A DNA stretch of 64,000 bases from Callorhinchus milii (taxonomy: Eukaryota), in NCBI RefSeq assembly GCF_018977255.1, contig NW_024704746.1, positions 22,134,001 to 22,198,000 on the forward strand, given 5' to 3'. This document shows positions 12,591 to 23,832 of the stretch, in pieces. Within the stretch, counting starts at the first letter, position 1. The number at the start of each line of letters is the position of its first letter. The position numbers and the translations under genes are program-made. Below the pieces are notes generated by a model. It did not search any database. It worked only from the letters and a program-made list of their open reading frames with translations, and was not told the DNA's origin.

Positions 12591-15500
12591 AGAATGAATG
12601 AAAGACTTTCAACTTATTGTGAAGCACTAAGACTGCCTTCCTTCTAACTCAAGGTTACGTGAAGAGTGTATTATTAGTTTTGCAGCTCTCTTCATCTGTC
12701 CATCAGCATCATCACTGGTTAGCAACAGAAACCTTCCTTTGACAGCAATCACTGAAGTCTGGTTCCTTGTAAATAATACAGCAGATGTGGTTTTTATAAA
12801 GGCAAAAGTGTTTTCCACCAAACACTTGAGTGGTCACACCAGCTTCCATCTTGCCTGTCTCAGTGTTTGCCAAACACAAGCCCATTTTTATCGGTTCATT
12901 TGTTCAACGGTCTTTACAATTGCTGAAGGAACTGCACTAATTGAAAACCTTGTGTTTGTGAATGCAACGCAAGGCAATTTTTGGCTTTGAATTGGAACGC
13001 ATTGGATTGCACACACAAGTCCCACGGGGTTGGCTGATCCTGCAGGAATCCTATAAGTTGTTAATGGATATTAGGGATTTGTTTTGCTAAGGCTTCAATG
13101 TCTCATTAGGGGCTAATTAATGCTTTGCAAGGACTTGTGTTTAATCTTCAGTGTTGAGGTATATGGTGACCTCTTTCCCACTTCTCATTTTCACCCGGCT
13201 TCAATCTGTGTCACGCACTTCTAAACCTCCCAAACCAACAACAATTTTACTTGCATTCTCTTGTGAAGAGATAGAGTTAGTTTTCCTTCCCCTCCCCACC
13301 CAATTCCCCCCTCCTCCCCTTCTTCCGAAGATGCTGACCCATGCCGTGTTAGGTGCAATGATCTGGGGCCTCGTTCAAACGATTATTCAAGTGTGTATAT
13401 ATAAGTGTGAGCAGACAATCCTTGAGAAAGGTATACGGATGAAGAAGAGAAGGGCCATTGATGTATTTCGTCACCTTCTCAGAATACTGAGCTACGAGCA
13501 GAAATATGAGATTAACTAAGGCATTGGGGGTTGGGGGGTAGTAATAATAATAATAATCCTTGCATTTGATATAGCGTTTTTCACGTCTTCTCGGCGTCTC
13601 AAAGCGCTTCACAGAATAGACTGTAAAGTGAATTGACTGTATATTTGTGGTAGAGGTTGAAGGTATTATAGAGGTCGAAGGTATTATTATACTGTACCAT
13701 GGTCCACTTCATCATCTAAGTCTGTGCCTTTGACCAGCCCTTCCAACAACACCTGATGAGCTTTTTGCAGTTACCTTCAAACTACAGCAGTTTGCACAGC
13801 TCTTGGGGAGTGGGAGCGGGGGAACAGAAGGCATGCACTTTCATTCGTGTCGCGATTTAAATGTCAATGTTTTCTACAAGATGGTCTTTATCAGTGCAAT
13901 CAGTTCTTGCTGCTGTCTGTGGGGGAAATCTCAGTGTGTTAGAGAACAACTCAACAACAACAACAACTTTAGATTGTTAGTGGCAGAGAATTCGACATTC
14001 AGACCTCCCTCCGTGTAAAGCTACATTTCCCAATCTGCCCGTTAATTCTCTCTGTGATTTATCTCAAAGTTGTGCCTTCCTTTTTAACTGCCTCGTTGAC
14101 CAGTGAAAATAATCCGTTGCTCTTTCGCAAGATCCCAAGATTGTTTTGGACGGCAGAGCAAAGCAGACATTTCTTGGCTCTTATAGGGACTCACAAACCT
14201 CTCCATGATAACAACACACTGTCAGGGTTAAACCTTAGCCTGGTATGAAGGAGCACTGCCATCATTAAGGACTTTGTCCATTCAGAGAGAGCGGGAGAGA
14301 GAGAACAGACCATTTTTGTCACAATGACTTCACGTGCAATGATGCAATGCTGCTTTTTCAGGCTGTCCCTCTCATCAGCTCGTCTGTGTGGCCAACCTCA
14401 TTCTGACTATTCACACAGCACTTTCCTCAAGATGGTTAAGACTTTGGTAAAGCTGTTACAATAATAATCCTTGCATTTGATGCAACTCCTAGTCATTTCA
14501 AAGAGACGTCACCAGAGCACTCCACAGGATATACTGTGAAGTGTTGGTGACACAAGATACGTGCAATGGGGTTTTGGGGGGCGGTGGAGGGGAAGCCAGA
14601 GACCAAGTGTCCAAATCGTGACCAAAGACCAAATCCTTTGCCAGGCTCGTTTGACATGTCCACCCTCACCATCGACAATGCGGGGGGACAGTGGGGGGTG
14701 GGGGGAGTTAGCCTGGGAAACCTGAATAATGTCTTCAGTAGAGGCGGAGGAAATTGAAGGGAAATAATAATAATAATCCTTGCATTTGATACAGAGCCTT
14801 ACCACATCTCTGAGTGTAACTTGGAAACAGTTGTGAGAAAATGTGTTGAGTTATTAAGTTGTCCAGCACTGACTTGTGGGCTTTCCGTTGCAGACCTGCA
14901 GTGATGGTGGTAAGGTTTTGTAGATCGAATTCTCCATCGCTCTCTCACCAGAGTCCGAGCTGAAAGGAAGCTTTTGGATATGTGTACTCTTGAATTTTTT
15001 TGGGGGGTGGGGGTGTGGTGGTGGGAGGGTGGGGGGGGGGGGAAGGTTACAGGATTATTTATTGATTTTAAAAAAAGGAAAACGATTCTTTGCCACTGAA
15101 CTTGCTTCGAGCCTGGAATCTGTCAAAGTCTCAGGCGGTTGGTGCAGCTGGAACATTATATCGTGTGTTCTTCTTAAGAACCTACCCCGAGTATATACTT
15201 GCCAGTTTACGTTTGTGTTATGTTGTGTGTGGTGCTCAATTCAGGAGTAGACAGAGCTGGTGAATGTTTCTTGGGCCCATTTTTATGATCAAACTTGCTG
15301 GCCTGCGAGCTTTTTTTTCCTTTTACGAGCAAATTTCAGAAACACAAATCTATATTTTTTATTCACCAGCAAATTTGACCTTTAGGCAGTTAAGACGTAT
15401 TTACACAAGGTCTTGCAGAGACACACAGGGTCTTTGCTTCACAGAGTTATAGAGTTTCGCGTGAGATGCGATTGTTTATTTCAGAGCCAGCGTTTCTTCC

Positions 15501-16969
15501 CTGGATGTTGAAAACTTGTTTGATTTGGATGGTTTTTATGTTTTCCGAGCAGCCTGGAAGTAATCTTCTCTCCCGCTCCATCCAAGAGTCCTTGGCCAAC
15601 TTTCTCCATCAGCTGATTTTTTTTGCTATAAATCTTAAGCTCAGCTCCGGGTGAAACAATAGCTCAAATTTCTCCTGCGTTCCCTTGTTTCCTTAAGCAA
15701 AGGAATGCCTTTTTCTTCCCTGCACCAAAGGCAGGTACCTTCACCGGAATGACTCTTTTGGACGGTTAAAGACACTCAAAGATTTCTTCGCTCAGTAAAT
15801 GGGGCCTTTGAGCATGGATTAAGACCTACTTTCACTCACTTCGGGAATTATAATATTAAAAACATAGAAGGAAACCATTTTGCCCATTGAGCCTACGCTG
15901 GCTCACAGAACAAGGAGATCAATTCAATCCCACTGCCCCGCCTTATCCCCAAACACTTCTCCGGATTCGGTCGGACAGAGTCAGTCAGACTTGGATGAAA
16001 GCTTTAAAGCAGAGTTAAGCGTCGAACAAAAATCAATGAGGCTTTGCTTTCAGCAAACATTCTCTCCTGGCTCTGCGGAGATGCTGCCAAACTGTAGGGG
16101 CTGGAATGGTAAAAGTTAGCACCAAAAAATGTAGACCTTTAGTGTTAGACAAAGGCACGATTCCTGGACTCAATCCTCGATTCTGCTGGACGCAACAGAA
16201 TTGAGTTTTAATGATTATTTGGGGGGTTTTCTGCATCTCTGTTATCATCATGTGGGTGATGATCAGCCCGACTGTCTGCGAACGTATAATAGACCATCTG
16301 TGTTGGATCAAAGGAGGTTCCTGGCAACCCCACCGCAGCTAATGACTTGGCCAGTGCTAGCCGAGTCTTGTGCAATCATTATTCTGAATGGTCAGACTCT
16401 GCTAGCTCTTTGATATAGATGCAAAATTTGATAGCATGGTCACCAATAATATATTATCATTCTGTTCTTGTGAAATTTATACGATGGAAAATCTATTTGG
16501 CAGAACTCTATCAAGATTAAGACTGTTTCACCCCACCCTCATTCCAAGGCTCCCGGTTTAGAATACAGCCTTTGTTAAGAGTCTACTGGTCTTTGTCTAC
16601 TGATTGTGTGTGTGTGTGTGTGTGTGCGCGTGCGTGCGTGCGTGCTTGTGTGTTTGTGCTCGTGCGTTCAAGTCAAGTAGCATTTGCTAAAGCATCACGT
16701 TTTGTCATAATGCGTAAAAGTGCTTGGCTCCCAAGATTATCATCATAATAAAGATCAATTGGATCCTCAGAAAGAAATAGACCTTCATAAATTTGAATTA
16801 AAGCCCTGCAAAGTCCCATTTTTTTTTTCCTGTTCAAAAAAAATTCTCGGGCAACGTATGGAAGATTATTTCAGGCAGATGTTTGAACACCTTGGCAAAC
16901 TGTGTCAAAATATGTGGCTGTGTTTAGCAATTGAGACCCTGTAGTGTGAGAGTCTGAGTAATGGGGTGT

Positions 16970-17285
16970 GACAGCTTCCCCTGATGGCTTGGGAAGGCTA
17001 GTGACCAACCTGAAAGTGAGCCATACAGACTCAGCAGGTCCCCTTTTTTACAGCCTTGGGCTGGGGCTCAGAGAGAGGAAAAATTAAACCATGCGATCGC
17101 CTGCTTTAGGTGGACGTACAGAGAGCTCAGATGGACAATACGCTGGCTTGGCCGTCAGGTGAAGTCAGGAACAGGCTCACTTGTGATGTATAAATCCTGC
17201 AGACCCTGACTATAAAGGCTAAGACCTGAACTATAGCCACTGAGATAAGGTATGGTAGGATGCCCAGAACCCATGGAGCCATTCA
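16970..17285 (+). mobile_element. LF-SINE-like ancient SINE remnant; smaller fragments at ~9700-9830(-), 11855-11990(-), 29770-29830(-), 36290-36390(+)
   Basis: Motifs GAGCCATACAGAC..AGGTCCC, GTCAGGTGAAGTCAGGAACAGGCTCACTTGTGATG and TGTGCTGAGTGAGCTGA resemble LF-SINE-type sequence as recalled; not aligned computationally. Confidence 0.45.
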
Positions 17286-20200
17286 AATGGAGTCCATTGG
17301 TTTTCACTTAATAATAACATACAATAATAATTCTTGCATTTGATATAGTGCCTTATCATGCCTTCGAGACGTCTCAAAGCGCGTCATTGACCATCAAATC
17401 ATGTCCTTGGCTTTAAAGGGAGGGGGGGAGAGGGGAAGAATTGTATTCCCAGAAAACTGGACTAACTGCTTTGACATAGCTACAGGGAAGCACTGCACAA
17501 TCCTGTGAAGCTCTTTGAGGCTGTTTCGACGATGTGAGAAGACACTAAATCGAATGTAAGGATTATTATTATTATCGTCACAGTGGGTTTTGTGGGGAAT
17601 AAGACTGAGCATGAATGATTGCAGTTCCATTTTAAAAAAACAGGCTGTTCTTTTGCCCAGAGGGCTCGTAGGGAGCTGAGAAGAAGGCCACTTTGTCTCG
17701 CTGACCTCTTCCCCATGCTGCGGATTCCCAGTGAAAATACTGTCCCAAGAAAAACCCGAATCAAAGTAAACAATCAGAAGAAAATACTCATGGCGACTTT
17801 GATTTTTGGTGAGAAGGAAAATAAAATGAATAAAGGGCAACCGATACCACATTGTTTAAACTTTGAGATGAGCAGTGGATGAAAGCTTGAAGCTTCAACC
17901 TTGTTAATCAAAGTGCATTCAGTGTGAATGTTCGACCTGCCTCAAGTACAGCGATAATTACAATAATAACCAAAACTTTGCATTTGATATAACACCTCTC
18001 ACGTGATCGAGACATCTTGCTTCACAAGATTTTACCATCCAGTCTAGTGACTGTGTATTTTGCAGATTAGCACAGCAGCCAATTTACGCGCAGCGATACA
18101 GTAATAATCTTTGCATTTGATATAGCGTCTTATCACGTTTTCGAGCCGTCTCAAACTGCCATGAAGTGAATGATCAAATTTTTCTGGTGGATTGTTGGCT
18201 AGCGCACAGGGAGATGCTCCATCCCCTGTGGTTGAAAGGACTGTTAGAAAAGAGGTCAGTGAATTTGCCACTGGTAGAGAGTATGAAAAGCCATCAAGCA
18301 AGTATCAAATAGGTCTTTCTCTCCTCCCCTCCATGAGTTAGGGATCGCAATTATGAGTCAAACAATTCAGGACAAAAGCAAGACTAGTTTTGTGTCGAGC
18401 GCAATAGCATTCAAGTATTGAATTCAAAATTGACTGTACTAGTCATGTAATTGAGGCTGGCTCCCAGGGGATGGAGACAGGATTGATCAAGTGGAAGCAT
18501 TGTCATATAAGTGAGATGGTCACTGAGTGACCTGCTTTCACCCCCACCCCCCACCTCTCCCTCTCCAAAACCACCACCAGCATCCAAAACAATTAGACAA
18601 TCCTTTAGAAGGAAATCCTTTTTGTCTAGAATGTTGTCCAAGGCTCCAACACAAGCAAAAAGTGATTCAAACGCGTAAAAGACGTAAAAGATCCCTTTGA
18701 CTAATATGTTGATATGAAAAGTCCACGTCAGCCCGAATCAATCGATTTCCAGTAACAACTACAGCACACTTTCTTTGAAGCAACAGTGTGTATTTTCAAC
18801 ACTGCTTGAAGGTTCCTTCAGTTTTGGGCACTCTAAATGGGTCACAACAGATTACATTGGTAAAATGGTATTAGTGTTTTAAAAGGATCGATCTGGATGG
18901 GGAGGAGCTTTGTTAAGAAAAGGCAGACAATTTAGTTTGTTGCGCTTCCCAACCGCAGGTCCTAGTGTTGTTTAAAGAATATTCTTCAGGAAATTATATG
19001 TTTTACCATACCCCAAGAGTGAAACAAGCATCTTAGAATCGGGTGGGTTTGAAGTCAGATTCCCCGGGATTAAAGATTAAAGACTCATCATTTCTGCGGG
19101 TGTTACAATAATACACTTTTAAATCCTTTAAGTTCCCCTGTTCACAAAGGGTGCGAAACTACCCTGAGTCCAGTATTCTGAAATAAAAAAAATTGCAAGT
19201 CTCGTTTTAAGAAGCTACCTAACGGAAAATGAGGGATGTGTATTTGGTGTAGTGAGGGGCAACACTGTGTGTGGGACACTGCTGTGCATAATTAGCCTCT
19301 GCGTTTCACCCACAAAATATACAGTAAATTAACTTTACAGTATATACTACGAATAGTTGAGTTGGGGGAAACTAATTTGTCCAATTGATTTCCACTAAAT
19401 CTAATCAATTCCTGCATCCCCAGCAGGTTACCTTTTGAGACGTCTCGGAAGACGTGATAAGGCGCTCTATCAAATGCGAGGATTATTATTATTGCATTTT
19501 GCCCAATTGAGAGGGATGGCTGGGAATTGCTCTGAGCTATGAAGGGTAAGACGAGCAAAAGGAAGGAAAACCGCCCTATTATGTGCGGCTCGTCAGTGGA
19601 CCTGGGAGCCGGCATAAGGCAGATCATTTGAACAAAAGGAGTGCCTTTTGAGCTGTATAAGGTTACAGGATTGTTTAAGTTAAATAATAAGCCACCTTCA
19701 TCGCTACATGCTAGCAGCACACTGGACATATTGTAGAAACAAGCTGCCTCATGTGTTTATTCTTGTTAAAGATTAAGGTTATTGTTACACAAGGGGTTTC
19801 GATATCTTGCATTCATTAGTTCTTGCCCACCCTGAAACATGATCTGGGAGACTTCCTGGCCTCATTCCCTTAGACAAGAATTACGTGGGATGCAGTTGAC
19901 ATCCAAAGCCATTTACGGGCATTGATTTAATACTCAGCAAGTCACAGCTTGAGTCCCAACATTTAACTTATTCACAGGCACTGAATGGCGAGCAGACGAT
20001 TGCATAGCAGCTGCAAACTAGACCCAGTCATCAGTTTGTTGTGTTTCCCTCGGGTCAGTCAACAAAGGCCCTCCATACAATGTGTGTTTGTTATCAGACA
20101 GTGCACGCTGCAGATGAATTGGAAAATGCTCCATTTGTTAGGTCTGCAACTAAACTGTGTTTTCCGATGTGTCCTTTGGATGATAGTTACACCGAGGTCC

Positions 20201-23200
20201 TATCTTCGGCTCTGCCTGTTCAGGTGGGCATTAAAGATTCCGTGGTGCTATTCGACAAGAGAAAGGAGTTTCTCTCTCCTGGCGTCTTGCCCAACAATCC
20301 CCCAACTAAAATCGGTCATTTACTTCACGACTGTTTGTGGAACATTGCTGTGCAGAAATTGCCTGCCACGTTTGTCTACAGTATACCCAGCCCTACAATT
20401 ACAGCAAAATCCTGTGAAGCGCTTTGAGACGTCCTCCTGATCTGAAATGCACTACATATCATCATTATTATTATTGTTGTTGATAATAGTTATTACTTTT
20501 TACTATCATGTGGCTCAGGGTATCTTTGAGATAGACAAGGGGAGTTAAGATAATGTGCATTGGCCTGGAGTCTGCGAGTGTAATTATTTTATATCACCTC
20601 ATATTATGAATGAGGTGCAGACTCCATGCAGGTTAGCTGCAACTGATAAGAGTCAAGGATGACCACAAAGTAATCTTGGTTAGACTGATAACTTCCTGGC
20701 TGTTACCTTTTACCCTGTTTTTCACTCGGATTCACCTATCTAACTGCAGTCAAATCTTGGAGGTTTTCAAAAATATTATTGGCTGGAAATGTCAACAAGC
20801 AGCAAGCTTAATTGGGTTGAGTTGGAGGAAACTAATTTGTCCAATTGATTTCCACTAAATCTAATCAATTCCTGCATCTCCACAAGATTACCTTTTGAGT
20901 CGGAGAGGAGAGGGATGGAGAGATGAATTCAGGTCAACTAAGAGCAGACAAAGCCAGCAGTATCAACAGCCTCCATGTATGTCAAGACCATTATCACCTA
21001 AATGGCAGTGTGTCTCAAGTTACTAAGCTTTCAAGGTCATTTGAAGAGCTTGATATCCTTTCAGGAGTAAAGACTGAGCTCAGTTAATTCTAAGATTTGT
21101 GTAAGCATGTATTTATCATTAATTGAGTTCCTGCAAATTAATTTACTGGATTGGTGCCACAGTTGTTTGTCTTGAAGTACAGAGTAAACAGTTCATTCTA
21201 TAAATCCCTCTTCACCCTGTTTTCTTTTTGCATGTGAAGTCAAATCTGTAGTTTTCCCCTACGATAAACGTCTGAATGTCTCAAATAGTTTTCACGAAAA
21301 GAATGGAATTAATGCTTCTCAAAGATTCAGTTAAAAAACACACTGACTCATATGAAACTAACCCGTACAGCTTAGTTGTAAGAAGTTGTTGGGTTTGTTA
21401 GCTGGTCCCAGTTTAGTGAGCAGTTGGGGTACGATTGGACAATTGGTCTCTGCACCTGTGAGTTCTAAGACCCAACGAGGGGCTTGAACCCACAGCCTTC
21501 TGACTCAGAGGCCAGAGTTCTCGGAAATGACCCACAGCATGCGGGGATGACAGATGAATTTCTATTAAAGTGGTTGAAAACCATATGAGCAAAACTCCTC
21601 ACTGCACCTTGAAGCTGGCTGGCAAGAACTCCGAGCCAGACAAACAGAATGATATAATTCGCCTATTAATCCACGCATTTATATAACTGCCAGGAGGACC
21701 TTCTGCTTTTTTTTAACAAAAACAAAACTTAATTTTCCCACTGACCACAGACAGGAAGACCAGTTTGTCCACCTAGAAACTATTTTTGGCGATTTCTGTT
21801 GAATGCTTTAGTTGAGTTTCTACCCAGATGTATCTAGTGTAAACAGCAGCAAACCAAACCCTGGCTTCAATCTCAATGAGCCGCTTGTTGAGGATTATTT
21901 GGTTAAAAATATCTCGTTGCTGGAGTCGCTTTGTTCAGTGTATAGCGTGTAACGCACACATTAAATCCAGAGTTGTCCCAGCCCCTTTCAGAGCTTGGAA
22001 GTTTTGCAAATGTGTGTGTACACTGTAAAAACATTCATCTGTCATCTCCGCATGCTCTGTACCCAATTTAGAAATTCACTGGCAAGACGCAATTTTGGCG
22101 TATTGACTGTAGAAAAGGAGGCAAGTTGCATAACAAATCACTCAGACTGAAACAAACTCCAAGGGTATGCCTTCTAATATGGAACTCCTTCTTCCAACAC
22201 ACACACACATCCGCCTATCCAGATGAATGTCTTCAATAATAATTGCAGGATATCTGGATCAAAACAAAGCAATAATTCACGACTATAAAACAGGCAAAGT
22301 CAATTTCCCATTATTTAACTGTGGAGCCGTTAACGTCTTCTCTGAAATTTAATGTTGACCTTGAATCTTGAATTTTATACATTTTCCCTTTTGTTTTGTG
22401 CCAAGTCTAGATCAAGTGTCCGAGGGTTGCTTAATGGGACACTAGCTTTCATGAAGCTGACCAAATGGAGTGATTTAACGCCATTAATGCCATTTTGGTA
22501 ACGGCTCACATTCTCATGCATGGCTTTGATGGTACAGGGTTTCAAGATACTTGCTTCACGATGCTAGAGTGGTGGCTGAAGTCCAAAATGAGCTGCTACT
22601 GAAGCCCACTGACCACCATTCATAATACTTCAATGCTGGAAGCGGGAGATATTTGCCACGGGAATGCAAGAAGCAGCATTGCTTTCTATGGATAGCATCA
22701 GATCGCAATTGCTAGTGTGCCACGGTTTCACAAGTGTAACCTTACCCCCCGCTACACCCCTGGTCTGTGTCATGTCAAAGAGGAAAAAAAACAGTTGTTC
22801 CTAAGCTGAAATCCTGATCACGCCTCGGCCAATGATACCATGTAGTTATCCACTAGGGGGCAGGACAGCAGCCCAGGTTAACCCACTTGAGCCTCTTCGA
22901 AGGGGAATTGGGTGCGAACACTGATGTTGTCCTCTAGGAATCACAGGCCTAGTCCTGCCTGTGGCACAACATAGTAAGCTAGTTGAGATCCCAGGTCATT
23001 TGACTTCCTCTAAAAAATGCCCGTAAATGCCCAGCTTACAAATTCCAGTGGATAGGCCTGAAAACTTGACAGTAATCCAACCCTGTGAGAGTTTTGAATT
23101 CCTTTAGAAGCCCTGGAATGTCGAGGGCTGAGTTGAGTACAGGTTCCCAATGGCACACGCAGACCAAAAAGAGGAACTACTCGTGCTGTGTTCTTCCAGG

Positions 23201-23496
23201 ATTCAGTGACTTTTACTCAAAAGAGGCAGGGGTTTAGAGAATGGGTGCCCTAACCTGGCTCAGTTGATAGCTGTCTTGCCTCTGAGTCAGAAATGTGGTG
23301 GGCTCAAGCCCCACATCAGGACATTGAGATGATAGTCCAGACAGACATTCCATTGCAGTTCTGAGCAAGTGCTGCATAAATAGTGTCAAGATTCCTTGAC
23401 ACTATTTAAAAAGAAAAGAGAGTTTCCCCTGATGCCCTGGCCAACAATTCCCCCCAAAAAGAAACTGGTCATTCACTTCATGGCTGTTTTTTGGCT

Positions 23497-23832
23497 ATAT
23501 TTGATATAGCGCCATATCTCGTCTTCGAAACGTCTCAAAGCACTTCACAGAATATATTGTAAAGTGAATTGACTGTATATTTTGTGGTGAAATGCAGCAG
23601 CCAATTGCACACAGCAATGTCCTACAAACAGTGTTGGATTTTTTTTGAAGGGATTATTACCACTGGAAAAGCGGGCCGCCAATCGACTAACAACTGGGTT
23701 TCTACTTACTGCTAGGTAAACAGATTTGTGTGAAGTAAGGAAACTTGCCCAACGTTTCTCCCTGCCCGGGAATCGAACATAGGTCCCCTCGCTTGCGAGG
23801 CGAGTGCTGTAACCACTGCGCTACAGGACTCC
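23497..23832 (-). mobile_element. Near full-length head-A DeuSINE, tail-to-tail with a truncated head-B copy at 23250-23496 (+)
   Basis: Reverse-complement head ...AACCACTGCGCTACAGGACTCCA and tail ATTTGATATAGCGCC. The adjacent + copy starts CTGGCTCAGTTGATAGC. Confidence 0.85.

Larger units (their letters stand above)
1770..20480. mobile_element. Dispersed 5'-truncated DeuSINE fragments (about 14)
   Basis: Shared core/tail motifs at about 1770-2005(-), 2858-3015(+), 3620-3705(-), 8700-8760(-), 10479-10680(-), 13541-13650(-), 14459-14545(-), 14763-14815(-), 17310-17385(-), 17480-17575(+), 17960-18210(-, two), 19270-19495(+), 20190-20480(+). The span is an envelope, not one element. Confidence 0.8.

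Noticed and set aside
13151-13519. ORF containing SKPPKPTT, like p85 PPKPPKPTT
   Set aside because: It lies upstream of exon 1, has no suitable splice acceptor and no flanking similarity; chance match.
13650-13690. Short tandem duplications (18 bp here, 13 bp at ~10855, 10 bp at ~8153)
   Set aside because: Ordinary slippage products; no CRISPR-like repeat-spacer periodicity anywhere in the window.
16720-16944. ORF with MFEHLGKLCQ reminiscent of a RhoGAP helix
   Set aside because: Isolated motif with no exon-like boundaries or neighbouring BH similarity.
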